A DNA stretch of 64,000 bases from NCBI GenBank assembly GCA_965249575.1, contig OZ252244.1, forward strand, positions 2,944,001 to 3,008,000, read 5' to 3'. A program made the translations under genes and the position numbers. The notes beneath the pieces are model-generated. The model saw only the letters and a list, made by a program, of their open reading frames with translations, did not search any database and was not told the DNA's origin. This stretch comes from Gemmatimonadales bacterium (GTDB taxonomy: Bacteria; Gemmatimonadota; Gemmatimonadetes; Gemmatimonadales; GWC2-71-9). Each line of letters opens with the position of its first letter. Positions within the stretch are counted from its first letter, which is position 1. This document shows, one piece after another, positions 10,903 through 21,874 of this stretch.

Positions 10903-11051
10903 CAATGCGAACCTTTCTGTGCAATGAAGAATCGCCGGCGAGGATGCTCCGATCACAACGGACACTATCCGCCCGAAGCACCGCCGAATAGCTTAGCCCC
11001 GTCGCGGCCCGCTTCGGCGAGCCGACCTATCCCGTCACCCGGAGTTCCGGA

Positions 11052-11795
11052 ATGCGATCGACTCTCCTTTTCCTCATCGCTGTCACCGCTTGTGGACCGG
11101 CCGCACCCACGACTACCGAAGGGCTCGTCGGGGCGATGCGCGACCGATACGATGGAGTGTGGCCCCGGACGGTTTCGTTCGTACAGGATAATACCAACCA
11201 CCTTCCAGACGGGACCATCGACCGTTCGACCATTGACGAGGCTTTCCTTTCTCCGGGTGGCCTTCGGATCGAGCAGCATCCCGTTGAGGAAAAAAGCGGG
11301 ATCCTCATGGTCAACGATTCTCAGTACGACTTCCGCAACGATTCCATGGTGGCGAAGGCGGCCGGCGGTCACCCCCTGCTGCTGCTGGCGGCGGACGTCT
11401 ACTTTTACCCGCCGGAGGAAACGTTGCGGCGCCTGGAAGAGTTCGGCTTCGATACCGGCGTATTTCGCGAAGACAGTTGGGAGGGGCGTGAGGCCTACGT
11501 CGTAGGCGCCGCGCAGGGAGACCTTCGAGCAGGCCAGTTCTGGATCGACAAGGAGCGCCTCGTTGTGATACGGGTCGTCCGGCCCACCGGCCCGAACGGA
11601 GAGCGGATCTCCGAGGTTCAGTTCAGGCGCATCGAGCCGCTGGGGGACGGATGGATCGCGCCAGAGGTGGTTTTCCTGACCGATGGAGAACGCACGCTGC
11701 TGGAGGAGTATCGCGACATCCGTTTCGGAGAAGAATTCGATCCGGGGCTCTTCGACCCCGCGGCGTGGAGCGAGACACTGATTAGAGGACAGTGA
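11052..11795 (+). CDS. Lipoprotein with LolA-like (lipoprotein-sorting-type) fold
   Basis: Lipobox VTAC; PGGLRIE; QFWIDKERLV; GWIAPEV; paralog at 42854. Confidence 0.6.
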   Translation: MRSTLLFLIAVTACGPAAPTTTEGLVGAMRDRYDGVWPRTVSFVQDNTNHLPDGTIDRSTIDEAFLSPGGLRIEQHPVEEKSGILMVNDSQYDFRNDSMVAKAAGGHPLLLLAADVYFYPPEETLRRLEEFGFDTGVFREDSWEGREAYVVGAAQGDLRAGQFWIDKERLVVIRVVRPTGPNGERISEVQFRRIEPLGDGWIAPEVVFLTDGERTLLEEYRDIRFGEEFDPGLFDPAAWSETLIRGQ

Positions 11796-11880
11796 GGGGT
11801 TCCCTCGCCCGCCCCCTCTGAGTGAGGAGGCCTGCCTACCGCTCACTTGGGTGTGGTTGGGAGGTGGGGACTTCTCACTG
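11790..11880. terminator. Long nested hairpin between convergent genes
   Basis: Outer arms CAGTGAGGGGTTCCC / GGGGACTTCTCACTG; inner arms CTGAGTGAG / CTCACTTGG. Confidence 0.5.
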
Positions 11881-11882
11881 CC

Positions 11883-14567
11883 TTACAGGCTCAGCCAGTA
11901 GTTCACCTTCACCAGGAACGTGTTCTCCGCTGGGGCGAGACGAAAGATGTCTCGTACGTCCGAGCCGAGCCTGAAGCGCCCCTCGTCGGTCGACTTGCTT
12001 CGGCCGTGCTGCCAGACGGCGAAGATCGTGGAGCCTGGCCGATACTCCCAGCGCAACACGACATTCGACCGGAATGAGAGCCTAGTGAAGTCCGGGGCGC
12101 CGAGGTCGATGTCTCCCGTCCCATTGCGGTTCAGATCTACTGATACTTCGTCACCCTGGCGCACGAGACGGTCGCTGCCGAACACGTCGAAGCGGTCGAC
12201 ATAGCGCTCGGCCGGCGGCGCGGCTACCCGCTTGAACTCGAGATAACGGCCGGAGGACACGAAGGGCTCTGCGTAGGCCTGGAGCGTCAAGGTCGGGGTG
12301 AAGGTCACGTTCCCGCGGAACGTCATCGATACGGTCGTCTGGTGCAGCTCGCCGAATACGTACTCTTCCACCCCGAACGGATTGCCCTGTTCCAGGAATT
12401 GCCAGTCGTCCGAGGTCAGGTCCACGTCTGGCGAGATTGAGAAGTCGACGGTAGTCGCTGGACGCCACGAGATGTTGCCCCAGAACCCCGCGGAGTGAGT
12501 CTCCTCGGCTTCCTGGACGAAGAACCAGCCCCCCAAACCCAGATGGAGTGGCTTGCGGCGGTCGGTGTTGAAGCCGTACCAACCATTCCATCCCGGAGGC
12601 CGGATGAACGACGGTCCGCCACGGAGCGGGTCGGCCACGAGCCCACCACCCTGCCGATTGATGCCCAGGTGCCCGCCCCAGTAGTTCAGGAAGGTGAAGT
12701 TGGCATTGACGTTTCCGCCGATCTCCACGCGATCCCACCCATAGTTCCAGCTCGACCATTGGTTGACGTTGACGCTGAAGTTGCGGAACACCCTCCCGGG
12801 CTGGAGCCAGCGGTGGTTGATCCAAACGAACTGGGAGTGCCAGTCCGCATTCCGCTGGAATCCGAGGTCGTTCACCTCGAAGCCTGGAGACCGGGTGGAG
12901 GCACCGAAGTTGAAACGCCAGCTCCCACCGCCGCGTTTTCCAAAATCCATGCTTGCGGAGACACCGGAGAGCGACGTGCGGGTCGGATCGTAGGTTACAT
13001 AGTCGTTATCGGGCCGCTGGAAGTAGCGTGCGGACGAGCGTTGGGTCTCGTCGATCGCTTCTGCCGAACCCCGAACATGGCTGCCGACCACCCACCCGGA
13101 GATGTGGTACGTGTCGTCTCGGAAGCGATGCGTCCAGTCGATCCCGAGCGTGTGGGCCGAGCTGCGAAGCGAGTTCAACGCTGCGGGGAGGCTTCGGTTG
13201 GCGGCGGTGCTGAACAGCCCGATTCGGATCTGGCCACCCCGGTACTCGCGGGCCAGTCGACCCACGAAGTACCCGGTTTGCGGCTCCACAGGCTCGCGAT
13301 GTACCCCGCCGACCGAATCGACGACGGTCGCCATCTCCTCGGCTGTGAGCGCGCCGCTCAATCCGATCGTCCAGCCGTTTGGTGTTTTCCCGGAGAGCTT
13401 CGCCGCTCCGAGTATCGAAGTATGTCTGACGTCCTCCACGTAGCCGCCCAGGTCGTCGGGGTCGCCTTGTGGGGAGCGCCCGATGCGTCGGCTGTAGAAC
13501 AGGCGTTCTCTATTCTGGTCTCCTCCACCCAGCTGGAACCGGAAGATGTCAGATCCTTCGTTGAAAAACGGGCGACGCTCGGCAAAGAACGACTCGAATG
13601 CCGTTAGGTTCACTTCTGCGGGATCGGCCTCGACCTGGCCGAAGTCCGGATTGATCGTCGCTGAGAGGGTCAAGTTGGACGTCACGCCGTACTTGATATC
13701 GGCCCCGAGGGCGGCGCCGTGGTCGGTGCCATCGCGAAAGGGGTTGCCCGCTTCGATCGGCGGCCGCCACGAGGTAGCGACCGTGTATGGGAGTATTTCG
13801 AGACGCCGGGGAGGGCTGATACCCTCGATCCCTTCGAGCGTCCCGAGCTGCGACACGACTCCCGAGACGTTCTTGGGAATGAGCTTCCACTGCTGGAGCT
13901 CGTTCAGTCGATTGATTTTGCGGTATACGTTGAAACCGAAGATCTGTTCGTCTGCCGCTGCGAACCGGAGTTGGCTGAAGGGGATACGAAATTCCGCACT
14001 CCAGCCCTGGGGGTCTCGCGATGTCCCGACCTCCCACACCGCATCCCAGGAGTCGTCCTCTTCGTTGTCGTCAAAACGGTAGATGTCCCGTTTCACCGCC
14101 GCGGGATTGACCGCGAATTCGAAGGCGGTCCGACGGTCCAGGTAGGAGTCGATGACGATCCCGATCCAGTCCGACGGTGAGTCGTCGTCCCGGCGGGTTA
14201 GCCGCGCGGCAATCTGGTCGGCCGAGGAATCGAATGCTCGGACCCCAACGTACAGCGCGTCGTCCGTATAGACGACACGCACTTCCGTCCCCTCGGTGGC
14301 CGGCATTCCCTCGTCGGGATCTCGCTGTACGAAGCCTCCGACGACCGGCGCAACCGTCCAGTCAGGATCATCTAGGCGTCCGTCGATTCGAGGTCCGGCG
14401 GCCTCGGCTCGGACGGCTCGAGCCACGAACACGGAAGGCGGGGAGAGCGAGGAAGTGGACTGCTGCTGGGCGGCCGACGAAGAAGTCGCGGTCATGAACA
14501 AGACCGTCAGCGCGGCAGCACCTCTATCAGGTAGAGCACCCCGAACGAATCGCAAGCTCGAACGCAC
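11883..14567 (-). CDS. CBM9-like + DUF5916 outer-membrane protein, paralog 1
   Basis: PRIDGRLDDPDW, TINPDFGQVEADP, ERRPFF, LFYSRRIG, C-terminal KVNYWLSL; GGAGG RBS before GTG. Confidence 0.85.
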   Translation of the reverse strand: MRSSLRFVRGALPDRGAAALTVLFMTATSSSAAQQQSTSSLSPPSVFVARAVRAEAAGPRIDGRLDDPDWTVAPVVGGFVQRDPDEGMPATEGTEVRVVYTDDALYVGVRAFDSSADQIAARLTRRDDDSPSDWIGIVIDSYLDRRTAFEFAVNPAAVKRDIYRFDDNEEDDSWDAVWEVGTSRDPQGWSAEFRIPFSQLRFAAADEQIFGFNVYRKINRLNELQQWKLIPKNVSGVVSQLGTLEGIEGISPPRRLEILPYTVATSWRPPIEAGNPFRDGTDHGAALGADIKYGVTSNLTLSATINPDFGQVEADPAEVNLTAFESFFAERRPFFNEGSDIFRFQLGGGDQNRERLFYSRRIGRSPQGDPDDLGGYVEDVRHTSILGAAKLSGKTPNGWTIGLSGALTAEEMATVVDSVGGVHREPVEPQTGYFVGRLAREYRGGQIRIGLFSTAANRSLPAALNSLRSSAHTLGIDWTHRFRDDTYHISGWVVGSHVRGSAEAIDETQRSSARYFQRPDNDYVTYDPTRTSLSGVSASMDFGKRGGGSWRFNFGASTRSPGFEVNDLGFQRNADWHSQFVWINHRWLQPGRVFRNFSVNVNQWSSWNYGWDRVEIGGNVNANFTFLNYWGGHLGINRQGGGLVADPLRGGPSFIRPPGWNGWYGFNTDRRKPLHLGLGGWFFVQEAEETHSAGFWGNISWRPATTVDFSISPDVDLTSDDWQFLEQGNPFGVEEYVFGELHQTTVSMTFRGNVTFTPTLTLQAYAEPFVSSGRYLEFKRVAAPPAERYVDRFDVFGSDRLVRQGDEVSVDLNRNGTGDIDLGAPDFTRLSFRSNVVLRWEYRPGSTIFAVWQHGRSKSTDEGRFRLGSDVRDIFRLAPAENTFLVKVNYWLSL

Positions 14568-14753
14568 TCCCCCTCCAGTCCCGTCACGTTTTGGGGCCCG
14601 CTCTCGCACGTGGAAGGCCCACCCGTCTATTGATTAGACGTAGCGCGCCTGGAGATGGTTTCGCGGCTAGGGGACGGCCCTGGTTTGCAAAACAGACCAC
14701 CGCAGTCGACGGCGGCGCGGTCAAGCGGCGGGAGGCGATACTGGACCATAGTG

Positions 14754-14780
14754 AAAAAGCCCCGCCGAACACTGCGGGGC
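14754..14780 (-). terminator. Rho-independent terminator after the ferredoxin gene
   Basis: Minus strand GCCCCGC-N8-GCGGGGC-TTTTT. Confidence 0.75.
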
Positions 14781-14800
14781 CCGGGGTCGGTTTTCTGGGA

Positions 14801-15070
14801 TCAACCTCTTCCTTTGGCCACCACCCGTTCTTCACCTGTTTCGAAATACACGCGGTTCTTTTCTATATAGCTCTTCCACTCGTCCGGCGTATCTTCCTCA
14901 GGGAAGATGGCCGTGACGGGGCATTCAGGCTCACACGCACCGCAGTCGATGCATTCGTCAGGATGGATATACAGCATATCCTCTCCCTCGTAGATGCAAT
15001 CGACCGGACACACGTCTACGCACCCACGATCCTTCACGTCGATGCAGGGCTCAGCAATTATATACGTCAT
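14801..15070 (-). CDS. fdxA: Dicluster ferredoxin (FdxA type)
   Basis: [27 protein letters not shown]...[21 protein letters not shown]. Confidence 0.95.
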   Translation of the reverse strand: MTYIIAEPCIDVKDRGCVDVCPVDCIYEGEDMLYIHPDECIDCGACEPECPVTAIFPEEDTPDEWKSYIEKNRVYFETGEERVVAKGRG

Positions 15071-15276
15071 GAAACGCTCCTTTGAATCTCGATCGCTACG
15101 CTGACGTATGTTGGCTCGCTAGGTGTCGTGTGTCAACCTTCGAAGCGCGCCTGTGGCGCCCCTAGTGTGAGGCCTTGTGTGGTTAGGCGCGGCCGCGCCT
15201 CGAGAGCCTCATTGCTCGGCGTCCCGCCGGGGGCTCTTCGGCTGGTCACGTGCCCCGGCAGATCCCGGGATCCTGA

Positions 15277-16035
15277 GTGATACTCTTAGATCCCGAGGCA
15301 CGGCCGGTCATCGCCCACCGCGGCGCGGCCGGGCAATACCCGGAAAACACGGAGCTTGCGTTCGACCAGGCCCTTGTCGGCGGTGCCGATGCGCTGGAAA
15401 TGGACGTGCGCCTGACCGCGGACGGTGTCGCCGTGGTACTCCACGACTCGACGGTTGATCGGACCACCAACGGCTCCGGGCCGGTCGGTGCAATGAGCCT
15501 TGACGGGCTCCAGCGTCTCGACGCGGGGGCCGGACAGTCCGTTCCGACGCTCGAACAGGTGCTCGATCGTTATGCTGAAACGCCAATACTGCTGGAAATC
15601 AAGGAGCGCGGCGCCGGTGAGGCAGTCCGACGGCTCTTGGATCGACACAACGCGCGGGCTCGGACCCTGGTGGGCGCGTTCGAGCTAGAGCATCTCACCG
15701 CATTTCGCGATGGCCCCTACCACCGGACCGCCGCAAGGAGGGAGGTCGCCATTTTTTGGGCCTCGGCCGTGCTCCGAATCCCCCGTGGGGCCGTGCCGTA
15801 CGAGGCATTCAGCGTGCCCGAGTACCACGGTCGGCTGGAGGTCGTGACCGAGCGGTTCGTCCGGTTAGCCAGTCGTGTCGGCGTGCCGGTACACGTGTGG
15901 GTAGTAGACGATCCCGCGCGCGCCGCCAAGCTGCGCGCGAAGGGCGTGGCGGGCATTCTCACCGAGTTCCCCGAGCGCATGCGCGACCTTGGAGCCTGGA
16001 ACGAGGAACGAGACGGACTCCCATTTCGGAAATAA
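15277..16035 (+). CDS. Glycerophosphodiester phosphodiesterase
   Basis: IAHRG, PENT, LEMDV, VVLHD, LLEIK. Confidence 0.9.
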   Translation: MILLDPEARPVIAHRGAAGQYPENTELAFDQALVGGADALEMDVRLTADGVAVVLHDSTVDRTTNGSGPVGAMSLDGLQRLDAGAGQSVPTLEQVLDRYAETPILLEIKERGAGEAVRRLLDRHNARARTLVGAFELEHLTAFRDGPYHRTAARREVAIFWASAVLRIPRGAVPYEAFSVPEYHGRLEVVTERFVRLASRVGVPVHVWVVDDPARAAKLRAKGVAGILTEFPERMRDLGAWNEERDGLPFRK

Positions 16036-16181
16036 CGCTCGCGGGCGCTACGCGGAACCGGCTCGCTGCTTCCCGGTTAGAAACAAGATCGAGACCCATG
16101 ATCGCCACCGGTGCCGAAGACCCGATGAGTCGCTTCCGCCGAACCCAATCGCCCCCGTCGTTGGGCTCGATGGTCTTGACT

Positions 16182-17353
16182 ATGAGTAGCCCGTCCGACT
16201 ACGCGCGCTCGCGGTGGGTCTGGTGCTCGCCGGTCTCGGGTGTCGAACGCCGGAGCGGGCGCGAGAGGCCCCGCTGCCGAGAACTGAGCGGGCGGCGGTC
16301 GATGCCAGGTTGTTCCTGATCGGAGACACGGGCGAGCCGGAGACAGACGGTGAACCCGTACTGATCGCGCTGGCCCGCGACCTGGCCACGGATCCGGCAC
16401 GCTCCTGGGCGGTGTTCCTCGGCGACGTCATCTATCCGGACGGGATGCCGGAGGAGGGACACCCGGATCGAGCAGAGGCGGAGCAGCGCTTGGATGTCCA
16501 ACTCGAGGTGCTACGCGCGAGCCGCGCTCGCGGGATCTTTCTGCCCGGTAATCACGACTGGCGTGGGGAGGATGGAGACGGCTGGGATGCCGTGCGGCGA
16601 CAGGCAGCCTTCGTCGAATCGCGAGCCGGTGGGTACGCTTCCTATCTCCCCCGCGGTGGTTGTCCCGGCCCGGAAGTCGTGGACCTGGGGGCGTGGCTCC
16701 GCCTCGTTGCGCTCGACACGGAGTGGTGGCTCGGCGACGGTCCGAAGCCCGAGCATCCGACATCCGAGTGCGCTACGGATTCGCCAGTCGAAGTCGTCGA
16801 CTCGCTGCGGGGCGCGCTACGCGACGCCGGAGAGCGAAGGACCGTCGTCGTGGCCCATCATCCTTTGGAGTCAGCCGGAGTGCACGGCGGAAGCTTCGGT
16901 TTGATGCAACACCTCTTTCCTCTGCGCGAACTCAAGAGCTGGCTCTGGGTGCCCCTGCCGATTGTGGGCTCCCTGTACCCGCTCGTCCGCGGGTCCGGCG
17001 TCTCCTCACAGGACATCCCGAGCGATGTGTACGGCCGGATGCTCGACCACCTCGACTCCGCTTTTGGAGATCACCCGCCCTTGGTGTACGCTGGAGGACA
17101 CGAGCACAACCTCCAAGTAATTCAAGGGGTAAACCCCCGATACTTGCTGGTGAGCGGCGCGGGAATCTACGGGCACCAGTCCGCGGTCTGGTGGCGCGAC
17201 AACACCCTGTTCGCCGCCGAAGATGCCGGGTTCATGCGTCTGGACGTGTTTCGGGATGGCGGGGTGCGGCTCACGGTTGTTGTGGTCGACGAGGACGCGA
17301 AACCAGAGGAGATCTTCTCGATCCCCCTGGAACTAACGTCGGCCAAGAACTAG
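16182..17353 (+). CDS. Lipoprotein metallophosphoesterase (calcineurin-like); probable 1-nt indel near 16190
   Basis: IGDTG, LGDVIYP, PGNHDW, AHHP, GHEHNLQ. Adding one C to the CCC run gives the signal MSSPVRLRALAVGLVLAGLGC. Confidence 0.82.
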
Positions 17354-18468
17354 GCCACTGCCAAGGGCGCTAGCCCCTCGCGAAAACGCTTGAGCGCTTC
17401 GCGCAGGACGGCCTCCGGTTCCCCAAAGCTCAAGCGCATGTGATTGGGCATCCCAAAGTGCTCCCCCGGAACGAAGAGCAGGCTCTGCTCGACTCGGATG
17501 CGCTCCGCCAGTTGGAGCGTATCCACCGGTTGCGCGAAACGCACCCAGCAGATCGCTCCAGCGTCGGGATCCCTCCACTCGAGCAGTCCATCGAAGCTAG
17601 CAAGCCAGGCGTCGAGCGTGGGATAGTTGTCGCACAGAATCTGTCGAGTCCGCTTCAGAATCGCCGCGCGAACCGTGAGCGCAAGCGTCGCCAGATAATC
17701 GCTTACCGGGCTCGGACCGATTGCCGTATAGTCGTGCCGGCGCCAGAGGTCCTGGACGAGCTCCGCCGGCCCGACGATCCACCCGATCCGAAGCCCGGGG
17801 AGGCCGTAAGCCTTTGACAACCCATTCGTGATGATGATGCGCTCGTAGCTCCCCCAGAGCGACTGGGTAGTGACCCCACTCCGCTCCGCGCCCTGATAGA
17901 CCTCGTCCGCCAAGAGCCAGGATCCCGCCGCGCGGGCCCGAGCGACGATCTCGTTGCGAGTGTCGGCCGACAGCACCCGTCCAGATGGATTGTTGGGGTT
18001 GGTGACCACTACCAGCCTGGTGTCGGGCGCAATGGCCCGCCGGATGTCCGCCGGATCCGGCTCTCCGTTTCGCTCCATGGTGCACGGGAACGTCGAAACT
18101 TCCGCTCCGAAGTTTCGGGCGAGTCCCATGGTCTGCAAGTACGTGGGGGCGATGATCGCCACCTTGGCCCCTGGCTCGAGCAGCGCCCAGGAAATGATAA
18201 AATTCGCCTCGGCGCTGCCGACCGTAACCAGCACGTTGTCTGGGGTCGCGCCCGGGTAGAGGGCGGCGATCGACGTACGAAGCTGTTCGGTCCCGTTCGC
18301 CTGGCTGTAAATCATGCGCAGGTCGGTTAGCTCGTCATCGCTCTTACCGGCGAGGGCCAATAGCTCCCGAATCGAGAGCGGATACACGCCGCTCTCCGAG
18401 AGGTTGAACCGGACACGGTTCTCCCAGGTGCTCTGCCATCGTTCCATCTCGAACGGGATAAAGGGCAT
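17350..18468 (-). CDS. PLP-dependent aminotransferase class I/II
   Basis: NPNNPSG, DEVY, GLSKAYGLPGLRIGW. Confidence 0.92.
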   Translation of the reverse strand: MPFIPFEMERWQSTWENRVRFNLSESGVYPLSIRELLALAGKSDDELTDLRMIYSQANGTEQLRTSIAALYPGATPDNVLVTVGSAEANFIISWALLEPGAKVAIIAPTYLQTMGLARNFGAEVSTFPCTMERNGEPDPADIRRAIAPDTRLVVVTNPNNPSGRVLSADTRNEIVARARAAGSWLLADEVYQGAERSGVTTQSLWGSYERIIITNGLSKAYGLPGLRIGWIVGPAELVQDLWRRHDYTAIGPSPVSDYLATLALTVRAAILKRTRQILCDNYPTLDAWLASFDGLLEWRDPDAGAICWVRFAQPVDTLQLAERIRVEQSLLFVPGEHFGMPNHMRLSFGEPEAVLREALKRFREGLAPLAVA

Positions 18469-18510
18469 CGTGCATTCCCCAGAGTCGTATCAGGGAATGT
18501 GACAGGCTAC

Positions 18511-18536
18511 GGGGATGGGGGGTAGGGGATGGGTTG
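18511..18536. repeat. G-rich heptamer tandem repeat
   Basis: GGGGATG GGGGGTA GGGGATG GG. Confidence 0.5.
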
Positions 18537-18603
18537 AAAGTGGCGGGTGGAGCTGGGCCGGGTGACTCCGTGACGGTCGTTCCCGGCCCAGTCTACCGCC
18601 AAG

Positions 18604-19710
18604 TTACTGGGCGCGCACGAATCGTACGTCGCCGGATCCGGTATCGATCTCGATGCGGCCGCCACCGTCACCGATTCGGCCGACGAGCTCGGAATCGCCC
18701 CACCGCGTCACTTCGAGCGGCAAGTCCGATTCGATGTCGCCGCTGCCGGCGTCGATCTCCAGGGCTGCCCCCAGCGTCGGGGGGACGGCCAGCGTGACGT
18801 CGCCCGAACCCGTATCGATCAAGATCCGCTCGGTATTACCGGTCAAGGCGACATCCACGTCGCCGCTGCCGGTGTCGAGCTTCAAGTCCTCCGTCGTGAT
18901 GTCTGAAAGCTCGATGTCGCCGGACCCCGTATCGATGGACAACTCGGTTGCGGCGAGATCGGAGCCCGAGACGGACCCTGAGCCCGAGTCCACGATCAAG
19001 TAGAGGCCCCGCACTCTCGAAAGGCTGACGGAACCGGATCCAGTATCGACGTCGGTCTCCCCGTCGACGTCGGCGATTCGCACCGACCCCGAGCCCACGT
19101 CCACCGCCACCGCTCCGCGAATCCCCTCAGCCGTCACCGAAGCCGAAGAGGCATCGACTCCTATCGTGCCGCTCACATTTGACAGGGCAATGTTCCCCAC
19201 CCCGAGGTAGACATCGAACGTCTGCCCTTCGGGCACTGCCACAACGAGGTCGGCGTAGGCCTCCCGGCCTTGGCCCGATCCCCCGATCGTGACGGACTCG
19301 CCGCGACGCGCGCGTCCCTGGCGGTGGTCACGATCCCACGGATGCGGACCTCCGAACGTTCCGTCCTCGCGAACCCGGATGTCCGTGCGCGACCCGCGCG
19401 ACATCCTGGGGTAGACGATCCGGTCTCCTGGGTAGCTGAAACGGAGGGTCTCCCGCCCACCAATCGTCCCCCGTTCCACCCGCAGCGTGGCTGAGTCCGC
19501 GCCACCACGAGTGGCGGTGACGACGACATCCGAGCCGGAACCTGGCCGGATCTCTACTTCGCCCGCCAGGTTGTAGACGGCAACGCGACTACCCGAGATG
19601 ACGTGACGCTCGGCTTGTTGCGCCAACGAGGGGAGAACTCCAAGCAAAGGCACCGCCGCCATGGCAATGCTCCAGATACGCGTGGGCCCCAGCAATTGGA
19701 CGTGCGGCAT
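18604..19710 (-). CDS. DUF4097 family beta-strand repeat protein, secreted
   Basis: Repeated DTGSGD(V/I) units; signal peptide. Confidence 0.85.
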   Translation of the reverse strand: MPHVQLLGPTRIWSIAMAAVPLLGVLPSLAQQAERHVISGSRVAVYNLAGEVEIRPGSGSDVVVTATRGGADSATLRVERGTIGGRETLRFSYPGDRIVYPRMSRGSRTDIRVREDGTFGGPHPWDRDHRQGRARRGESVTIGGSGQGREAYADLVVAVPEGQTFDVYLGVGNIALSNVSGTIGVDASSASVTAEGIRGAVAVDVGSGSVRIADVDGETDVDTGSGSVSLSRVRGLYLIVDSGSGSVSGSDLAATELSIDTGSGDIELSDITTEDLKLDTGSGDVDVALTGNTERILIDTGSGDVTLAVPPTLGAALEIDAGSGDIESDLPLEVTRWGDSELVGRIGDGGGRIEIDTGSGDVRFVRAQ

Positions 19711-19829
19711 GCGGCCTCCGTCGACAACCTCGCCCTGGGCTCGAAGGCGCCCCTGGCGAGCTGCGGTAGGGGTGGTGGTGTTGACTCAACCGGTTGGATG
19801 GCTTGAAAGGCCGAAAGGTTGTCATGGAC

Positions 19830-19857
19830 TTGCACCCGCCGCCTCACCCGATAATTT
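19830..19857 (+). promoter_or_regulatory. Possible sigma70 promoter for tRNA-Asn
   Basis: TTGCAC-N16-TAATTT followed by a GC-rich discriminator. Confidence 0.35.
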
Positions 19858-19910
19858 CCAGGCCGCGGGGCCAGGTCCCATTAGGGCCGGGGTCGCTCCG
19901 CGGCTCGTGA

Positions 19911-19982
19911 TGGGGTGTAGCTCAACGGCGGAGCGCCCGGCTGTTAACCGGGAGGTTGCAGGTTCGAATCCTGCCGCCCCAG
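19911..19982 (+). tRNA. tRNA-Asn(GTT), CCA not encoded
   Basis: Acceptor TGGGGTG/CGCCCCA; anticodon arm CCCGG-CTGTTAA-CCGGG; T arm GCAGG-TTCGAAT-CCTGC. Confidence 0.95.
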
Positions 19983-20081
19983 TGCGGTAACTCGCTTTCC
20001 GAGGTTGTTCCCGTCATCCCGTCCGACTGAGTCCCTTGAGCCCTACCCGAATCCGTGTGGGTTGCTGACAAGGCTACGAGT

Positions 20082-21527
20082 TCATGGCGGAGCGATCCGG
20101 TAAACGAAACCCGATAGGCTGGCACTGACGTATAGCTCCCCAGCCCCATCCTCGCCGAAGGAAACGAGACTGGCGAACTCGATTGACCCGAGATCCGGAG
20201 TCCAGTCGAGCTGATCCTGCGCTGTAGCGCCATCGTATCGCAGGCTCCTGAACCACCCTCCGCACCAATCGCCGTAGAAATATGCACCGTGGAGTTTCGG
20301 AATCTCGCGGCCGCGGTAGACATACCCACTGATGACTGAGCAGCCGTCGCTGCGTTCGACCACGACGATTGGGTCCACGAGCTTGAGTTGATTGTCTGGA
20401 TTACAGTCGCTGCGTGGCTTGTTGCAGAGATCTCCCTCCTTGATGGGCCACCCGAAGTTTGCGCCGCTCGACGCGGACGCCGGGAAAACGCTCACTTCCT
20501 CGCGTCTGTTGTTACCAACATCGCCGATGTAGAGATCCCCCGTCAGCCGGTCGAAGGAGAATCGCCAGGGGTTCCTGAAGCCGTACAACCAGATCTCCCC
20601 TCGAGCACCGTTGGCCGTGTCGTTCGAAACGACGAACGGGTTGTCGTCGGGGATCCCGTAGTGCAAGCCGGGATCGGGTGAGTCGACGTCGAGCCGGAGA
20701 ATACTCCCGCGTAGGGAACTGATGTCTTGCGCCGAGTCGGCGGTGTCAAAGCCCCCGTCGCCCAGACCGAGATAGAGCATGTCGTCCGGTCCGAAGGCGA
20801 CCTGGCCTCCGATGTGGCTGCCGGTCCGCTGCGGCATGTGCAGTATGAGGAGATCCGAGTCGGGATCGGCTACATCCGGGTTATCGGAGCTTACGCTATA
20901 GCGCACGAGCCGCGTGCCGTACGCTTCATTCTCCCGGTGCATGTAGTAAATGAAGAAGTGTCCGTTGTCCGAATAGTCGGGATGAAACGCGAGGCCGACC
21001 AGCCCACCCTCGAGGGTTGGCTCCACTTTTGGCGAGATGTCGAGAAAGGGCCTTGCCAATACGTTCCCATTCTTGATGATCCGGATAGTCCCGGGTCGCT
21101 CGAGAACGAAGAGCCGGTTCTCGTCACCAGGTGGAGAGGCCAGAGTGATGGGGAACTCGAGGCCGCCGGCGACGACCTGGAGCGTCACGTCGCCCGATTG
21201 AATGCCTACTCTTGCCGTCCCCCGGGCCTTCGGACGGGTGCTGGTTACCGCGATCGAGACGACTCCCTGGCCTATCCCAGTCACAAGTCCGCGCAAGTCC
21301 ACCGCAGCGATGGCGCGGTCGGAACTGGACCAGGTGACGGGCGCGTCGGAGACGGGTCGCCCCGAAGCGTCTCGCACTATGGCGGTGAGTCGCAGGGTCG
21401 AGGCGATCGGTATTTGGACCGAGGACGGGGAGATGTCGATCCACCCCTCTGGCTCGGCACATGCGACCGCCAGCACGGCCAGCATCGCCGCCTGAATCCC
21501 CCTCGCACGCCCCACATGGTGCATCAT
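20082..21527 (-). CDS. Lipoprotein: Ig-like (Big_2) domain + PQQ-dependent sugar dehydrogenase (GSDH)
   Basis: Lipobox AVAC; VTWSSSDRAIAAVD; LAFHPDY, HIGGQVAFGPD, YGFRNPWRFSFD. Confidence 0.85.
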   Translation of the reverse strand: MMHHVGRARGIQAAMLAVLAVACAEPEGWIDISPSSVQIPIASTLRLTAIVRDASGRPVSDAPVTWSSSDRAIAAVDLRGLVTGIGQGVVSIAVTSTRPKARGTARVGIQSGDVTLQVVAGGLEFPITLASPPGDENRLFVLERPGTIRIIKNGNVLARPFLDISPKVEPTLEGGLVGLAFHPDYSDNGHFFIYYMHRENEAYGTRLVRYSVSSDNPDVADPDSDLLILHMPQRTGSHIGGQVAFGPDDMLYLGLGDGGFDTADSAQDISSLRGSILRLDVDSPDPGLHYGIPDDNPFVVSNDTANGARGEIWLYGFRNPWRFSFDRLTGDLYIGDVGNNRREEVSVFPASASSGANFGWPIKEGDLCNKPRSDCNPDNQLKLVDPIVVVERSDGCSVISGYVYRGREIPKLHGAYFYGDWCGGWFRSLRYDGATAQDQLDWTPDLGSIEFASLVSFGEDGAGELYVSASLSGFVYRIAPP

Positions 21528-21874
21528 GTATCCCCGCCCAAGTCCGTGGTCCCATGGTTAGCCCCGGGTGTCTCGGCCGGCAATATGCTGCCGGCCGTAT
21601 TGGGCCGCCAGCGGCACGGTGTGAAAAAGGGGTGGGGCGGACCGCCCAACGCGCAGCTCCCAAACAGGCGTTCACCCACGACACCATGGGTGAAGCCCCT
21701 ACGGCGGCATCGGGACTCACCCGATGGTGGCCTGTCCGGTTTGCCGCAAGATTCGTGTTTCGGTGTGGGTGGGGGAGGCCTGCCTGTGCGATCGTCCAGA
21801 GGCCGCCCATTGGCGGGGCCGTGCGCGGTCGGGGGTGGTCGCGCGGTCGGGGGCTGGCAGACCGTCACCCGCCG

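Noticed and set aside
12495..13607. Long antisense ORFs (also 20727-21878, 36981-37991, 51347-52594)
   Set aside because: GC-rich codon shadows of well-supported genes on the opposite strand
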